In this document: piece after piece, positions 8,356 to 18,510 of the stretch
How the letters are laid out: each line of letters opens with the position of its first letter
Numbering within the stretch: position 1 is the first letter of the stretch
NCBI GenBank assembly: GCA_964477035.1
Contig: CAYZCW010000003.1
Coordinates: forward strand, 31,540-95,539
Source of the DNA: an uncultured Bacteroidales bacterium
GTDB lineage: Bacteria > Bacteroidota > Bacteroidia > Bacteroidales > UBA7960
Direction: 5' to 3'
Length of the DNA: 64,000 bases
The notes under the pieces: model-generated
What the model saw: the letters and a program-made list of their open reading frames with translations, nothing else
The model's database searches: none
Told to the model about the DNA's origin: nothing
Program-made: the position numbers and the translations under genes

Positions 8356-9231
8356 ATGCACAAGGCAGGCTTCGTAAACATCCTCGGCAACCCCAACGCC
8401 GGAAAGTCCACCCTCCTGAATGCCATCCTGGGGGAGAAGCTGGCCATCATCACCCCTAAGGCGCAAACCACCCGCCACCGCATCATGGGCATCGCCAACG
8501 GGGAGGATTACCAGGTGGTTTTTTCGGATACGCCGGGGGTCATCAGCCAGCCCAATTACAAGCTGCAGGAGCAGATGATGCGCTCTGTGCGCAGCACCCT
8601 GGAGGATGCCGACCTGTTCATCCTGCTGACGGAGTTGGACAAGGACTTTGATGAGCCCGGCATGCTGGAGAAAATCGGGGGAATGGGAACCCCCGTCATG
8701 GTGTTGATCAACAAGATCGACCTGGGCACCCAGGACCGTGTCGTGGCCAAATGCGAACAGTGGAAGCAGGCCCATCCCGGATGGATGGTCCTGCCCATCT
8801 CAGCCCTGACCGGATTCAATGTGCCCGAGGTATTTGTCAAGGTCCTCGAACTGATGCCCGAATCCCCGCCCTATTTCCCCAAGGACGAGGTGACCGACCG
8901 CCCCGTTAGGTTTTTTGTGGCCGAGATGGTCCGTGAGAAGATCCTTCTGAACTACCAGAAAGAGATTCCTTATTCGGTGGAGGTGGAAGTGGAGTCCTAC
9001 AAGGAAGGTGCCCAAATGGACCATATCCGGTGTGTAATCCATGTGGCCCGTGAAACCCAGAAAGGTATCCTTATCGGCCATCAGGGGAAGGCGCTGAAAA
9101 AAGTCGGGACCGACGCCCGAAAAGACATCGAAGTCTTCCTGGGCAAGAAGGTCTTTCTGGAGCTCCACGTCAAGGTAACCAAAAACTGGCGGGAAGACGA
9201 AATGAAACTCCGCCGCTTCGGCTACCAATAA
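8356..9231 (+). CDS. era: GTPase Era
   Basis: Starts [26 protein letters not shown] (G1), followed by [17 protein letters not shown] and a C-terminal KH domain. The ORF-track start at 8323 was trimmed. Confidence 0.95.
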   Translation: MHKAGFVNILGNPNAGKSTLLNAILGEKLAIITPKAQTTRHRIMGIANGEDYQVVFSDTPGVISQPNYKLQEQMMRSVRSTLEDADLFILLTELDKDFDEPGMLEKIGGMGTPVMVLINKIDLGTQDRVVAKCEQWKQAHPGWMVLPISALTGFNVPEVFVKVLELMPESPPYFPKDEVTDRPVRFFVAEMVREKILLNYQKEIPYSVEVEVESYKEGAQMDHIRCVIHVARETQKGILIGHQGKALKKVGTDARKDIEVFLGKKVFLELHVKVTKNWREDEMKLRRFGYQ

Positions 9232-9301
9232 CCAACCGCCAACAACCAACCGCCAAAAGCCAACCGCCAACAACCAATAGCCAACCGCCAACAGCCAACC
9301 C
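9232..9301 (+). repeat. Heptanucleotide tandem array, 10 units (CCAACCG CCAACAA CCAACCG CCAAAAG CCAACCG CCAACAA CCAATAG CCAACCG CCAACAG CCAACCC)
   Basis: Strict 7-nt periodicity starting directly after the era stop (9229-9231). It ends 10 nt before the der ATG at 9312. Confidence 0.9.
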
Positions 9302-9311
9302 CCCCCACCCC

Positions 9312-10619
9312 ATGTCCAACATCATCGCCCTTGTGGGCCGCCCCAACGTAGGCAAATCCACCCTCTTCAACCGCCTGGTGCAGCAGCGTGCCGCCATAGT
9401 CGACCCCACTGCCGGGGTCACGCGCGACCGGCATTACGGAAAAAGCGACTGGAACGGCATGGAATTCTCCGTGATCGACACAGGGGGCTACGTGGTGGGT
9501 TCGGAGGATGTATTCGAGGAACAGATCCGCCAACAGGTCGCCATCGCCATCGAGGAGGCCACGGTCGTGTTTTTCCTGGTCGATGCCATGGAAGGAATCA
9601 ACCCGATGGACGACGAAGTGGCCGGGATGCTGAGGCGCAGCGGCAAAACCACCCTGCTGGTGGCCAACAAGGCCGACAACGGACGCATCATGAACGAGGC
9701 GGCCGTATTCTATGAACTCGGGCTGGGCGCCGTCTATCCCGTTTCTTCCATCAACGGGAGCGGCACCGGCGAACTGCTGGACGAGGCCGTCAAGCTCATG
9801 TCAGACATCCCCGATGAGGAGCCGGAGGAGGACCTGCCGCGCATCGCGGTGGTCGGGCGGCCCAATGTGGGCAAATCCTCCCTGATCAATGCCCTCATCG
9901 GACAGGAACGAAATATCGTCACGGACATCCCGGGCACGACCCGCGACACCATATACACCCGGTACAAATCCTTCGGGTTCGACTTTTACCTGGTCGACAC
10001 GGCCGGGCTGCGGAAAAAAGGCAGGGTCTCGGAGAATATTGAGTTTTACAGCGTGATGCGTTCGATCCGTGCCATCGAGAATTCGGATGTCTGCCTGGTG
10101 ATGACGGACGGCACCCAGCCCTTTGAAGCACAGGACCTGAATGTGTTCGGACTTGCCACCAGGAACAACAAAGGGGTGGTCGTCCTGGTGAACAAATGGG
10201 ACCTGGTCGCCAAGGACACCCATACCGCCAAAGAGTATGAGGCCAGGATCCGGGAACGGACGGCCCCGCTGAAGGACATTCCCGTGCTGTTCACTTCGGT
10301 GCTGAACAAACAACGCATTCACAAGGCCATCGAAACGGCCCTGCAGGTGTATGCCAACCGCATCCGAAAAGTATCCACCAGCCAGCTCAACGACCACCTG
10401 CTGCCGCTGATCCAGGCCACCCCTCCCCCGGCGGTCAAGGGCAAATACATAAAAATCAAGTATGTGACCCAGCTTCCCGTACATTATCCGGCATTTGCCT
10501 TCTTCTGCAACCTGCCGCAATACATCAGGGAGCCCTATGCCCGTTACCTGGAGAACCAGATCCGCAAAAAGTGGGACTTTACCGGCGTGCCCATAAAAAT
10601 CTATTTCCGCAAAAAATAG
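9312..10619 (+). CDS. der: Ribosome-biogenesis GTPase Der (EngA), two GTPase domains
   Basis: Contains [13 protein letters not shown] in domain 1 and [15 protein letters not shown] in domain 2, plus a KH-like C-terminus. Confidence 0.95.
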   Translation: MSNIIALVGRPNVGKSTLFNRLVQQRAAIVDPTAGVTRDRHYGKSDWNGMEFSVIDTGGYVVGSEDVFEEQIRQQVAIAIEEATVVFFLVDAMEGINPMDDEVAGMLRRSGKTTLLVANKADNGRIMNEAAVFYELGLGAVYPVSSINGSGTGELLDEAVKLMSDIPDEEPEEDLPRIAVVGRPNVGKSSLINALIGQERNIVTDIPGTTRDTIYTRYKSFGFDFYLVDTAGLRKKGRVSENIEFYSVMRSIRAIENSDVCLVMTDGTQPFEAQDLNVFGLATRNNKGVVVLVNKWDLVAKDTHTAKEYEARIRERTAPLKDIPVLFTSVLNKQRIHKAIETALQVYANRIRKVSTSQLNDHLLPLIQATPPPAVKGKYIKIKYVTQLPVHYPAFAFFCNLPQYIREPYARYLENQIRKKWDFTGVPIKIYFRKK

Positions 10620-10702
10620 GGATGGGGTGCAAAAGAGGCCTTCCCCATCCGACGATTAAAACAAAAAACCAAGGTGCAGACGGCCGCATCGCATACCAAG
10701 CC

Positions 10703-11086
10703 ATGACCGAAGACCAGGGACCCAGGATAGACAAATGGTTGTGGGCCGTTCGGGTGTTCAAGACCCGCAGCCAGGCCACCCAGGCCTGCCGCGGCGGCAA
10801 GGTGAAGGTGGATGATGCGGAAGTGAAACCGTCGCGGGAAGTCAGGAAGGGCATGGTGATCACCGTGCAGCACGGCCCGGTCAGACGCACGGTCAGGGTG
10901 CTGGAGCCGCTGGAAAAACGGGTGGGGGCCAAGCTGGTGGAAACCTATATGGCCGACCTCACCCCGGAGGAGGAATACCGGAAGCTGGAGATGATCCGCG
11001 CCCGTCAGCAGATGAGGCCCCGTGGAAGCGGACGGCCCACCAAGAAGGACCGGCGCGATATGGACACCTGGTTTGGATGGGATTGA
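10703..11086 (+). CDS. S4-domain RNA-binding protein (Hsp15/HslR-like)
   Basis: Contains RIDKWLWAVRVFKTRSQATQACRGGKVKVDD, an S4 fold signature. The start is taken at the ATG at 10703 (MTEDQGP), because the upstream part of the ORF overlaps the der 3' end and the intergenic region. Confidence 0.8.
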   Translation: MTEDQGPRIDKWLWAVRVFKTRSQATQACRGGKVKVDDAEVKPSREVRKGMVITVQHGPVRRTVRVLEPLEKRVGAKLVETYMADLTPEEEYRKLEMIRARQQMRPRGSGRPTKKDRRDMDTWFGWD

Positions 11087-11100
11087 ACGGGCGGACCTTC

Positions 11101-12837
11101 TTACCCGGCCTGGCGGGGATCCGTTGCAGGCAGGGTGAAGTAGAAACAAGTGCCTTTGCCTTCTCCTTCCGATTCCACCCGTATTTTACCCCCATGCATG
11201 CGGATGATGCGCTCGACCAGGGTGAGGCCCAGGCCGGTGCCCTCGGTCCGGCTGTCCAGCTTGCTGAACAATGTGAAGATGTTTGACTGCTGGGCGGGGT
11301 CGATGCCGATGCCGTTGTCGCGGACAAAGAATTCCGGCCGTTCGGGATCCTTATTGGAGCCGATACGAATTTTCAGGGCATGCTCGGGTGATTTGAATTT
11401 GATGGCATTCTCGATCAGGTTCTGGAAAACCACCATGATGCGGGAACGGTCCGCATACACGTCCGGCAGCTGCGGGTCCAGATGGACGCTGCAGCCATTG
11501 CGGCTGATCACACCGTGCAGGTGCTCCAGCACGTCGTAGACCAGCTTGTTCATGGACACTTTCGAGAAGGGGTCAGTGACCTTTCCCAGGCGGGACAGCC
11601 GCAACAGGTCCTCCAGGAGCTTGTGCATCTTGGCGATGGCCTTCTGAGCCCTCACAATGTGGCTGTCGACCCCTTCCAGATTGCCTTCACGGGCATCGTC
11701 CCGGATCAGGCCCAGGAAGCCTTCCACTGTGACCAGCGGACTGCGAAGGTCGTGCGATACGCTGTAGGTAAAGCGGTCCAGTTCTTCATTGACCCGTTCC
11801 AGCTCCTCCATCTGCTGCAGGATGATGGTCTCGGCACGGACCCTGTCGGAGATGTCGAAGTAGACCCCGATGATCCCGCCGGGCTGGCCGTCCGGGTTGA
11901 GAAAGACCGATTTGTTCATGACCACGTAGATGTGCTTGCCGTCCGGCAGGTCGATCTTCGTTTCCAGGCTCAGGCCCTGCCGGGTCTCCAGCAACTCCCT
12001 GTTCTTGTCCATGAAGATTTTTGCCTGCCTTTTGGAGAACATGTCGTACACGGTGTGCCCGACAATCTCGTCCAGGCTCTTGCCCACCAGCTGGCAGAAG
12101 GCTTTGTTGCATCCCAGGTAGGTGCCTGCCGGATCCTTGTAAAACAGGGGAAAGGGAATGCTTTCGATGATGACGTTCAGGAAGTCGGCATAGTACTGCA
12201 GGGACTTCTCCGCCTGCTTCTGCTCGGTAATGTCCGAGATAAAGCCCTCTATGTAGAGGAGTTTCCCTTCGGGACTGAATACGCCCTGTCCCTGTTCGAG
12301 AACCCATTTGACCACCCCGGAACGGGCGTTGATGCGGTAGCTTAAGCGGTATTGCTCCCTGGCGTTGACCTTTTCCAGCACCCCGTCACGGACACTGCGG
12401 CGGTCTTCCGGGTGGATGACGCGGGCATAGGTGATCAGGGTGCTGCCCTCCAGGGCTTCCGCCGGGTACCCGGTCAGCTCCTCACAGCCCCGGCTCACAA
12501 ACAACATGGTCCAATGCTTGTCGTTCTTGCAGCGAAAGGCCATGCCGGGCAGGTTCGACAGCAGGGTGGACAATTTTTGTTCGGACTCTTCCAGGGCCTT
12601 TGTATAGCTCCGGCGGGTGCGTTCCAGGCGGTTGAGCAGGCGTTTGAGCAGGACAACCAGCAGCAGGGTGGTGATACCGACATACAACCAGCCCTTATGT
12701 GTCTGGGCGGTCCGGATGGACGCCGGGTCTCCGACCCAGACATCAATCACCCAGTCCGAAAACAAAATCCAAAGCCCGCCGATCAGGGCATACAAAAAAG
12801 GGATTCTGATGGCGGGGGAAATCTTTTTCCAGGTCAT
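11101..12837 (-). CDS. Membrane-anchored PAS-domain sensor histidine kinase
   Basis: Two N-terminal TM helices and two PAS-like segments, followed by HisKA (FTYSVSHDLRSPL) and HATPase_c (DNGIGID...GTGLGL). No adjacent response regulator is present. Confidence 0.9.
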   Translation of the reverse strand: MTWKKISPAIRIPFLYALIGGLWILFSDWVIDVWVGDPASIRTAQTHKGWLYVGITTLLLVVLLKRLLNRLERTRRSYTKALEESEQKLSTLLSNLPGMAFRCKNDKHWTMLFVSRGCEELTGYPAEALEGSTLITYARVIHPEDRRSVRDGVLEKVNAREQYRLSYRINARSGVVKWVLEQGQGVFSPEGKLLYIEGFISDITEQKQAEKSLQYYADFLNVIIESIPFPLFYKDPAGTYLGCNKAFCQLVGKSLDEIVGHTVYDMFSKRQAKIFMDKNRELLETRQGLSLETKIDLPDGKHIYVVMNKSVFLNPDGQPGGIIGVYFDISDRVRAETIILQQMEELERVNEELDRFTYSVSHDLRSPLVTVEGFLGLIRDDAREGNLEGVDSHIVRAQKAIAKMHKLLEDLLRLSRLGKVTDPFSKVSMNKLVYDVLEHLHGVISRNGCSVHLDPQLPDVYADRSRIMVVFQNLIENAIKFKSPEHALKIRIGSNKDPERPEFFVRDNGIGIDPAQQSNIFTLFSKLDSRTEGTGLGLTLVERIIRMHGGKIRVESEGEGKGTCFYFTLPATDPRQAG

Positions 12838-12922
12838 CTATACCTACGGCTGGTTGCACGCTTAAAACCACCGCAATATAAAAATTTAATTCGATGGGGC
12901 CCCCGGGTCCCGCCATTTTTTA

Positions 12923-12930
12923 TATTTTTG
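12923..12930 (+). promoter_or_regulatory. Candidate -7 box (TATTTTTG) for the M20 dipeptidase gene
   Basis: Exact TAnnTTTG match, 50 nt upstream of the ATG at 12981. Confidence 0.35.
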
Positions 12931-12980
12931 TCCGAAACACACCCATTCTGTCAAGTAAAAAATTTTATAATCAAGCTTTT

Positions 12981-14351
12981 ATGAACGACCTGAAGAATTA
13001 TATCCAAGAGAACAAAGACCGGTTTCTGAGCGAACTGTTCGAACTGATCCGCATCCCTTCCATCAGCTCCAAGGAGGCCCATAAGGAGGACATGTACAAG
13101 GCGGCCCGTTGGATCCGGGAGATGCTGGTAAAGAAAGGGGCGGACATGGCCGAAGTGCTCGATACGGACGGTCACCCGGTAGTATATGGGGAGAAGCTCA
13201 TCGACCCGGCCCTGCCGACAGTTCTGGTGTACGGGCATTACGACGTACAGCCCGTGGAGCCGCTCGACCTGTGGAAGAGTCCGCCCTTCGAGCCGGAGGT
13301 ACGCGACGGCAGGATCTATGCCCGGGGAGCTGATGACGACAAGGGTCAGATGTTCATGCATTTTGCCGCCTTTGAATACCTGGTAAGCACCGGGCAGCTT
13401 CCGGCCAACGTCAAGTTCATGATCGAGGGGGAGGAAGAGATCGGGTCTCCCAGCCTGGGAAAATTTATGGAAGTCAACCGGGAAAAACTGGCCGCCGATG
13501 TGATCCTGGTGTCGGATACCTCCATGCTGGGGGCCTCGAATCCATCCATCACCACCGGTTTGCGCGGGCTTTCCTACGTGGAGGTTCATGTCACCGGTCC
13601 GAACCGCGACCTGCATAGCGGCCTGTTTGGCGGGGCCGTGGCCAACCCCATCAATGTGCTCTGCACCATGATCGGCAGCCTGATAGACGAAAAAGGCAGG
13701 ATCACCGTGGAGGGGTTCTACGATGACGTGGAGGTGATCTCCCCGGAGGAGCGGGCCGAGATGGCACGCGCCCCGTTCGATGAGGAAGCCTATAAAAAAG
13801 CCCTGGACATCAAGGCGGTGCATGGAGAGAATGGGTATTCCACCATGGAGCGCACCGGCATACGGCCCACCCTGGACGTGAATGGCATCTGGGGCGGTCA
13901 TACCGACAAGGGCGCCAAAACGGTTCTGCCCTCGGAGGCCCATGCCAAGATCTCCATGCGCCTGGTTCCCCACCAGGATTCGGTAAAGATCACCGAATTG
14001 TTTAGGAAGCACTTCCTGGCCATCGCCCCTGATTACGTGAAGGTCGAGGTGGAATTCCTGCACGGGGGGGAAGGGTACGTCTCTCCCACCGACACCCTCG
14101 AATACCAGGCAGCCAGCAAGGCATACGAAGAGACCTACGGCAAGAAGCCCATTCCGGTGAGGAGCGGCGGCAGCATCCCGATCATCTCCCTGTTTGAGAA
14201 GATCCTGGGGATCAAGTCCATCCTGATGGGATTCGGACTGGAGTCGGATGCCATCCACTCTCCCAACGAGAACTATCCCCTGGAACAATTCTTCAGGGGC
14301 ATGGAGACGATCCCCTACTTCTACAAGCATTATGCAGACATGAAGAAGTAG
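12981..14351 (+). CDS. M20-family dipeptidase / metallohydrolase
   Basis: Starts MNDLKNYIQENKDRFLSELFELIRIPSISS and contains GHYDVQP, RGADDDKGQ and EGEEEIGS metal-ligand motifs. Confidence 0.85.
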   Translation: MNDLKNYIQENKDRFLSELFELIRIPSISSKEAHKEDMYKAARWIREMLVKKGADMAEVLDTDGHPVVYGEKLIDPALPTVLVYGHYDVQPVEPLDLWKSPPFEPEVRDGRIYARGADDDKGQMFMHFAAFEYLVSTGQLPANVKFMIEGEEEIGSPSLGKFMEVNREKLAADVILVSDTSMLGASNPSITTGLRGLSYVEVHVTGPNRDLHSGLFGGAVANPINVLCTMIGSLIDEKGRITVEGFYDDVEVISPEERAEMARAPFDEEAYKKALDIKAVHGENGYSTMERTGIRPTLDVNGIWGGHTDKGAKTVLPSEAHAKISMRLVPHQDSVKITELFRKHFLAIAPDYVKVEVEFLHGGEGYVSPTDTLEYQAASKAYEETYGKKPIPVRSGGSIPIISLFEKILGIKSILMGFGLESDAIHSPNENYPLEQFFRGMETIPYFYKHYADMKK

Positions 14352-14372
14352 CCGGACCCATTCCGGGGAATT

Positions 14373-14422
14373 GGCCGGCTGCGGCCGCGGAATGATTCCG
14401 CGGCCGCAGCCGGCCCTTTTTA
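14373..14422 (+). terminator. Rho-independent terminator after the dipeptidase gene
   Basis: A perfect 21-bp inverted repeat, GGCCGGCTGCGGCCGCGGAAT / ATTCCGCGGCCGCAGCCGGCC, is followed by CTTTTTAT. Confidence 0.8.
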
Positions 14423-14545
14423 TAAAAAATTTTCCTGCGCTATAAAAATTTTTCTATTTTCGCAGGGCGCCCTTAAACACACGTATAACGCCTCGTTCCC
14501 GGGTAGGAATATCATTCATCGTGTCAATCATAATTTCTTTTTATC

Positions 14546-16336
14546 ATGGAAGTAACCAGGCTTTTTGACCTGCTCGACAGGTACGGACAGTTGTGCCCCA
14601 ACAAGGAGGACGCCCTGGCGGGCAAGGATGAGGGTGCATGGAGAACCTATTCCACCAGGGAATTCATCGACAACACCACCAACCTCAGCTACGGCCTGTT
14701 GAAACTGGGGGTCAGAAAGGGCGACAAGATCGCTTCCATCACTTTCAACCGCCCGGAATGGAACTTCCTGGACCTGGGCGTGCAGCAGGTGGGCGGCATC
14801 CACATCCCGATCTATCCGACGATCAGCGACAGCGACTACGCTTACATCCTGGGGCATGCCGAGGTCAGCTATGTGTTCGTGGCAGGGGAAGAAATGTACC
14901 GGCGGATCAAGCACATCGTCCCCAGCATTCCGGGCATCAAGGCGGTCTATACGTTCAAGGACCTGTTCGGCATGCAGCACCTGGATGAGCTGATCCAACT
15001 TGGCCGCGACAACCCCCAGCCCGAAAAGCTCCGGGAGATCAAAGAGGGCATCTCTCCCGAGGAAACGGTGACCATCATCTATACTTCCGGCACCACGGGC
15101 ACCCCAAAAGGGGTGATGCTCTCCCACAAAAACATCCTGAGCAACGTGGACGCCGTCAAGCACATCCCGCCTTACGGACCCGAACACCGTGCCATGAGTT
15201 TTTTACCCATCTGCCACATCTATGAGCGGATGATGAATTACACCCTCCTCTACAAAGGCCTGTCCATGTATTACCTGGCCAATATGGCCGTGATAGCCGA
15301 CAGCCTGAGGGAGGTTCACCCCCACGTATTCACCACCGTACCCCGCCTGCTGGAGAAGGTGTACGACAAAATCATTGCCAGGGGGCGCGCCCTGAAGGGC
15401 ATCAAGAAAATGATCTTCTTCTGGGCCAACGATGTCGGACTGGCCTATGAGTTCGGCAAGGCGGAACGCAATCCCCTCTATGCCCTCAAGCTCAAAATCG
15501 CCCGCAAGCTGGTCTTCAGCAAATGGAAGGCCGCCCTGGGCAACAACCTGGACATCATCGTTTCCGGAGGCGCCGCCCTGCAGCCCCGGCTCAACCGTGT
15601 GTTCTGGGCCGTGGGCCTGCGCATCATCGAAGGCTATGGACTGACGGAGACCTCCCCCGTGATCGCGGTGGGCCACTTTGGGCCCAAAGGGCTGAAATTC
15701 GGCACCGTGGGGCCGCCGCTGAGCAATGTGCAGGTAAAAATCGCAGAAGACGGGGAGATCCTGGTGAAAGGACCCAGCGTGATGCAGGGGTACTACAAGG
15801 ATCCGGAAATGACCCGGGAGGTGATCGATGAAGATGGCTGGCTGCATACGGGGGATATCGGCAAGATCGAGCCCGAAGGGCAGCTGCGCATTACCGACCG
15901 CAAGAAGGTGATCTTCAAGACCTCTTTCGGCAAGTACATCGCCCCCCAGGTGATCGAGAACCGGTTCAAGGAGTCCCCCTTCATCGACCAGATCCTGGTC
16001 ATCGGGGAAAACCAGCGCTATGCCATGGCCCTGATCGTGCCCGACTTCAACCACCTGCGCTCCTGGTGCCAGATCAAGAAAATCCCTTACACCGCCAATG
16101 ACGAAATGCTGGCCATGCCGCGCATCCGCAAGCGTTTCCAGAAGGAGGTCAACCTATGCAATGAAAAACTGGGGGATTTCGAGCGCATCATGAGGTTTGA
16201 CCTGATAGACCACGACTGGACCGTGGAAGGAGGCCAGCTGAGCGCCACCCTGAAGTTGCGCCGCAGCCACCTGCTGAAGGAATACGCGGGAATGATCGAT
16301 AAGCTTTACAAGGCCAGCAACGCCAACGGCAAATAA
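14546..16336 (+). CDS. Long-chain-fatty-acid--CoA ligase (AMP-dependent synthetase)
   Basis: Contains the AMP-binding motif IIYTSGTTGTPKGVMLSH, followed by GYGLTETSP, WLHTGDIG and DRKK. Confidence 0.9.
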   Translation: MEVTRLFDLLDRYGQLCPNKEDALAGKDEGAWRTYSTREFIDNTTNLSYGLLKLGVRKGDKIASITFNRPEWNFLDLGVQQVGGIHIPIYPTISDSDYAYILGHAEVSYVFVAGEEMYRRIKHIVPSIPGIKAVYTFKDLFGMQHLDELIQLGRDNPQPEKLREIKEGISPEETVTIIYTSGTTGTPKGVMLSHKNILSNVDAVKHIPPYGPEHRAMSFLPICHIYERMMNYTLLYKGLSMYYLANMAVIADSLREVHPHVFTTVPRLLEKVYDKIIARGRALKGIKKMIFFWANDVGLAYEFGKAERNPLYALKLKIARKLVFSKWKAALGNNLDIIVSGGAALQPRLNRVFWAVGLRIIEGYGLTETSPVIAVGHFGPKGLKFGTVGPPLSNVQVKIAEDGEILVKGPSVMQGYYKDPEMTREVIDEDGWLHTGDIGKIEPEGQLRITDRKKVIFKTSFGKYIAPQVIENRFKESPFIDQILVIGENQRYAMALIVPDFNHLRSWCQIKKIPYTANDEMLAMPRIRKRFQKEVNLCNEKLGDFERIMRFDLIDHDWTVEGGQLSATLKLRRSHLLKEYAGMIDKLYKASNANGK

Positions 16337-16373
16337 TCCCGGGCGGCCGCCGGGCCCGTGCCCCAGCTGTTTC

Positions 16374-18506
16374 CTAGACCCCTTTCATGGAGAGCGCGAT
16401 CCGCCGGCGCTCCGTATCGATCTGCACCACCCTGACCGTCACCTTCTGGTTGAGCCGGACCACCTGGGAAGGATCGCTCACGAATTTGTCCGCCAGCTGG
16501 CTGATGTGCACCAGCCCGTCCTGGTGGACGCCCACATCCACAAACGCCCCGAAGGCCGTGATGTTGGTCACAATGCCCGGCAGTACCATCCCCTCCCGGA
16601 GGTCCCCGATGCTGTTCACGCCGCGGTCGAACTCAAACAGGTCGAAGCCCTTCCTGGGATCCCGCCCGGGCCGTGCCAGCTCCTGCAGGATGTCCTTCAG
16701 GGTGGGCAGTCCCGTTTTCTCCGTCACATAATCTTCGAGGCGGATGCGCTGTCGAAGGCCATCGTCCTTCATCAAGGCGTGAATGTCCACCCCCAGGTCG
16801 CGGGCCATGCGCTGCACCACCCCATAGCTTTCGGGATGGACGGCGCTGCGGTCCAGGGGGTTGGCAGACCCGCTCACCCTCAAAAAACCGGCCGCCTGCT
16901 CGAAGGCCTTGGCGCCGAAGCGGGGCACCTTCATCAGGGCCTTTCTGGAAGGGAAAGGGCCGTTTTCGTTGCGCCAGGCCACGATGGCCGATGCCAGGGC
17001 CGGCCCCACGCCCGAGACGTATGTCAGCAGCTCCCGGCTGGCCGTGTTGAGTTCCACCCCCACCGCGTTCACGCAGCTCATGACCACATCGTCAAGGCTG
17101 TTCTTCAGCATTTTCTGGTCCACATCATGCTGGTACTGGCCCACCCCGATCGACTTGGGATCGATCTTGACCAGCTCCGCCAGGGGATCGGCCAGCCGGC
17201 GGCCGATGCTCACCGCCCCCCTCACGGTCACGTCATAGTCCGGAAACTCCTCCCGGGCCACCTCGGAGGCGGAGTAGACCGAGGCCCCGCTTTCATTGAC
17301 CATCACGGCCATGACGTCCCGGTCGAAACGGGTGCTGCGCACCAGGTTCTCGGTTTCCCGCCCCGCCGTGCCATTGCCGATGGCGATGGCCTCCACCTGG
17401 TAGGCACTGACCAGCGACTGCAACTTGGCCGAAGCCTGTTTGAACTGGTTCTGTGGCGGATGGGGATAAATATTTTCATTGTGCAGCAGCTTTCCTTCGC
17501 GGTCGAGGCACACCACCTTGCAACCGGTGCGGAAGCCCGGATCGATCGCCATGATCCGCTTTTGCCCAAGCGGGGGCGCCAGCAAAAGCTGCCTCAGGTT
17601 TTCGGCGAATACCCGGATGGCCTCCTTGTCGGCCCGTTCCTTGAGCTGGTTGCGCATTTCCGTTTCCAGGGAGGGCTGCAGCAGACGTTTGTAAGCGTCC
17701 CGCACGGCCTGGCGCAGCTGCTCTCCGTCTTCGCCCGGGCTCCTCACAAAGCGTTTTTCCAGGCGGTCCAGGGCATCTTCTACCTCAGGGGCCACCGCCA
17801 CCTTCAGGAAGCCCTCCTTCTCCCCCCGCAACATGGCCAGGATGCGGTGGGACGGGGCTTTGCCAATGGCCTCGCTCCACTCAAACCAGCTGGCATATTT
17901 TTGTCCCGCTTCTTCCTTGCCCTTGCTCACGCGGCTGCATATCTGCGCCTGCTGGAGGAAAAGGCGCCGCATGGAAGCCCTGGCACCGGCATCCTCGTTC
18001 ACCCATTCGGCCATGATGTCCCGTGCCCCGGCAAGTGCTTCTTCGACGGATGCGACCCCCTTCTCCCCATCGATGAATGGCAGGGCTTCCCGCCCGGGGT
18101 CCTTGCCGCGCTGGTCCATGATCATCCTGGCCAGGGGTTCCAGCCCTTTTTCAATGGCCACACTGGCCCGTGTCTTTCGTTTCGGCCGGTAAGGCAGGTA
18201 CAGGTCTTCCAGTTCCGACAGCGTGGCCGCCTGCCGGATGGCCGACTCCAGATCCGGGCTCAGCTTGTCCTGTTCCCGGATGGACTGCAGGACGGCCTCC
18301 CGCCGTTTGTCCAGTTCAGCCAGCCGGGTCAGGAGGTCGCGGATACGGGCCACCGCCACCTCATCCAGCGAGCCGGTCATTTCCTTGCGGTATCGTGCGA
18401 TGAACGGCACGCTGGCCCCGCCCTCCAGCAGGGACCCGGTCTTTTCGACCTGCCAGGGCCTTAGGGCACATTCCCTGGCGATGGTCTCTATATGATGCTG
18501 GTCCAT
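16374..18506 (-). CDS. tex: Tex-like RNA-binding transcription accessory protein (YqgF/HhH/S1 domains)
   Basis: 710 aa with the N-terminus VPFIARYRKEMTGSLDE, a RuvC/YqgF-like middle region, and a C-terminal S1 domain (GMVLPGIVTNITAFGAFVDVGVHQDGLVHIS). Confidence 0.9.
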   Translation of the reverse strand: MDQHHIETIARECALRPWQVEKTGSLLEGGASVPFIARYRKEMTGSLDEVAVARIRDLLTRLAELDKRREAVLQSIREQDKLSPDLESAIRQAATLSELEDLYLPYRPKRKTRASVAIEKGLEPLARMIMDQRGKDPGREALPFIDGEKGVASVEEALAGARDIMAEWVNEDAGARASMRRLFLQQAQICSRVSKGKEEAGQKYASWFEWSEAIGKAPSHRILAMLRGEKEGFLKVAVAPEVEDALDRLEKRFVRSPGEDGEQLRQAVRDAYKRLLQPSLETEMRNQLKERADKEAIRVFAENLRQLLLAPPLGQKRIMAIDPGFRTGCKVVCLDREGKLLHNENIYPHPPQNQFKQASAKLQSLVSAYQVEAIAIGNGTAGRETENLVRSTRFDRDVMAVMVNESGASVYSASEVAREEFPDYDVTVRGAVSIGRRLADPLAELVKIDPKSIGVGQYQHDVDQKMLKNSLDDVVMSCVNAVGVELNTASRELLTYVSGVGPALASAIVAWRNENGPFPSRKALMKVPRFGAKAFEQAAGFLRVSGSANPLDRSAVHPESYGVVQRMARDLGVDIHALMKDDGLRQRIRLEDYVTEKTGLPTLKDILQELARPGRDPRKGFDLFEFDRGVNSIGDLREGMVLPGIVTNITAFGAFVDVGVHQDGLVHISQLADKFVSDPSQVVRLNQKVTVRVVQIDTERRRIALSMKGV

Positions 18507-18510
18507 AAAC

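Noticed and set aside
8800-9533. ORFs translating the heptamer arrays into [13 protein letters not shown]-type peptides (8800..9291, 9170..9421, 9222..9533, 1265..1501, and the N-termini of 48278..49849 and 49773..50867).
   Set aside because: They are translation artefacts of the 7-nt repeats. A 7-nt unit changes frame at every repeat and gives a 21-nt pseudo-periodic peptide. The ORFs are antisense to era/der and other real genes.
16337-16373. GC-rich near-palindrome (CCCGGGCGGCCGCCGGG) between the convergent fadD-like and tex genes, considered as a terminator.
   Set aside because: The stem is imperfect and there is no U-tract on either side, so it is not reported as a feature.
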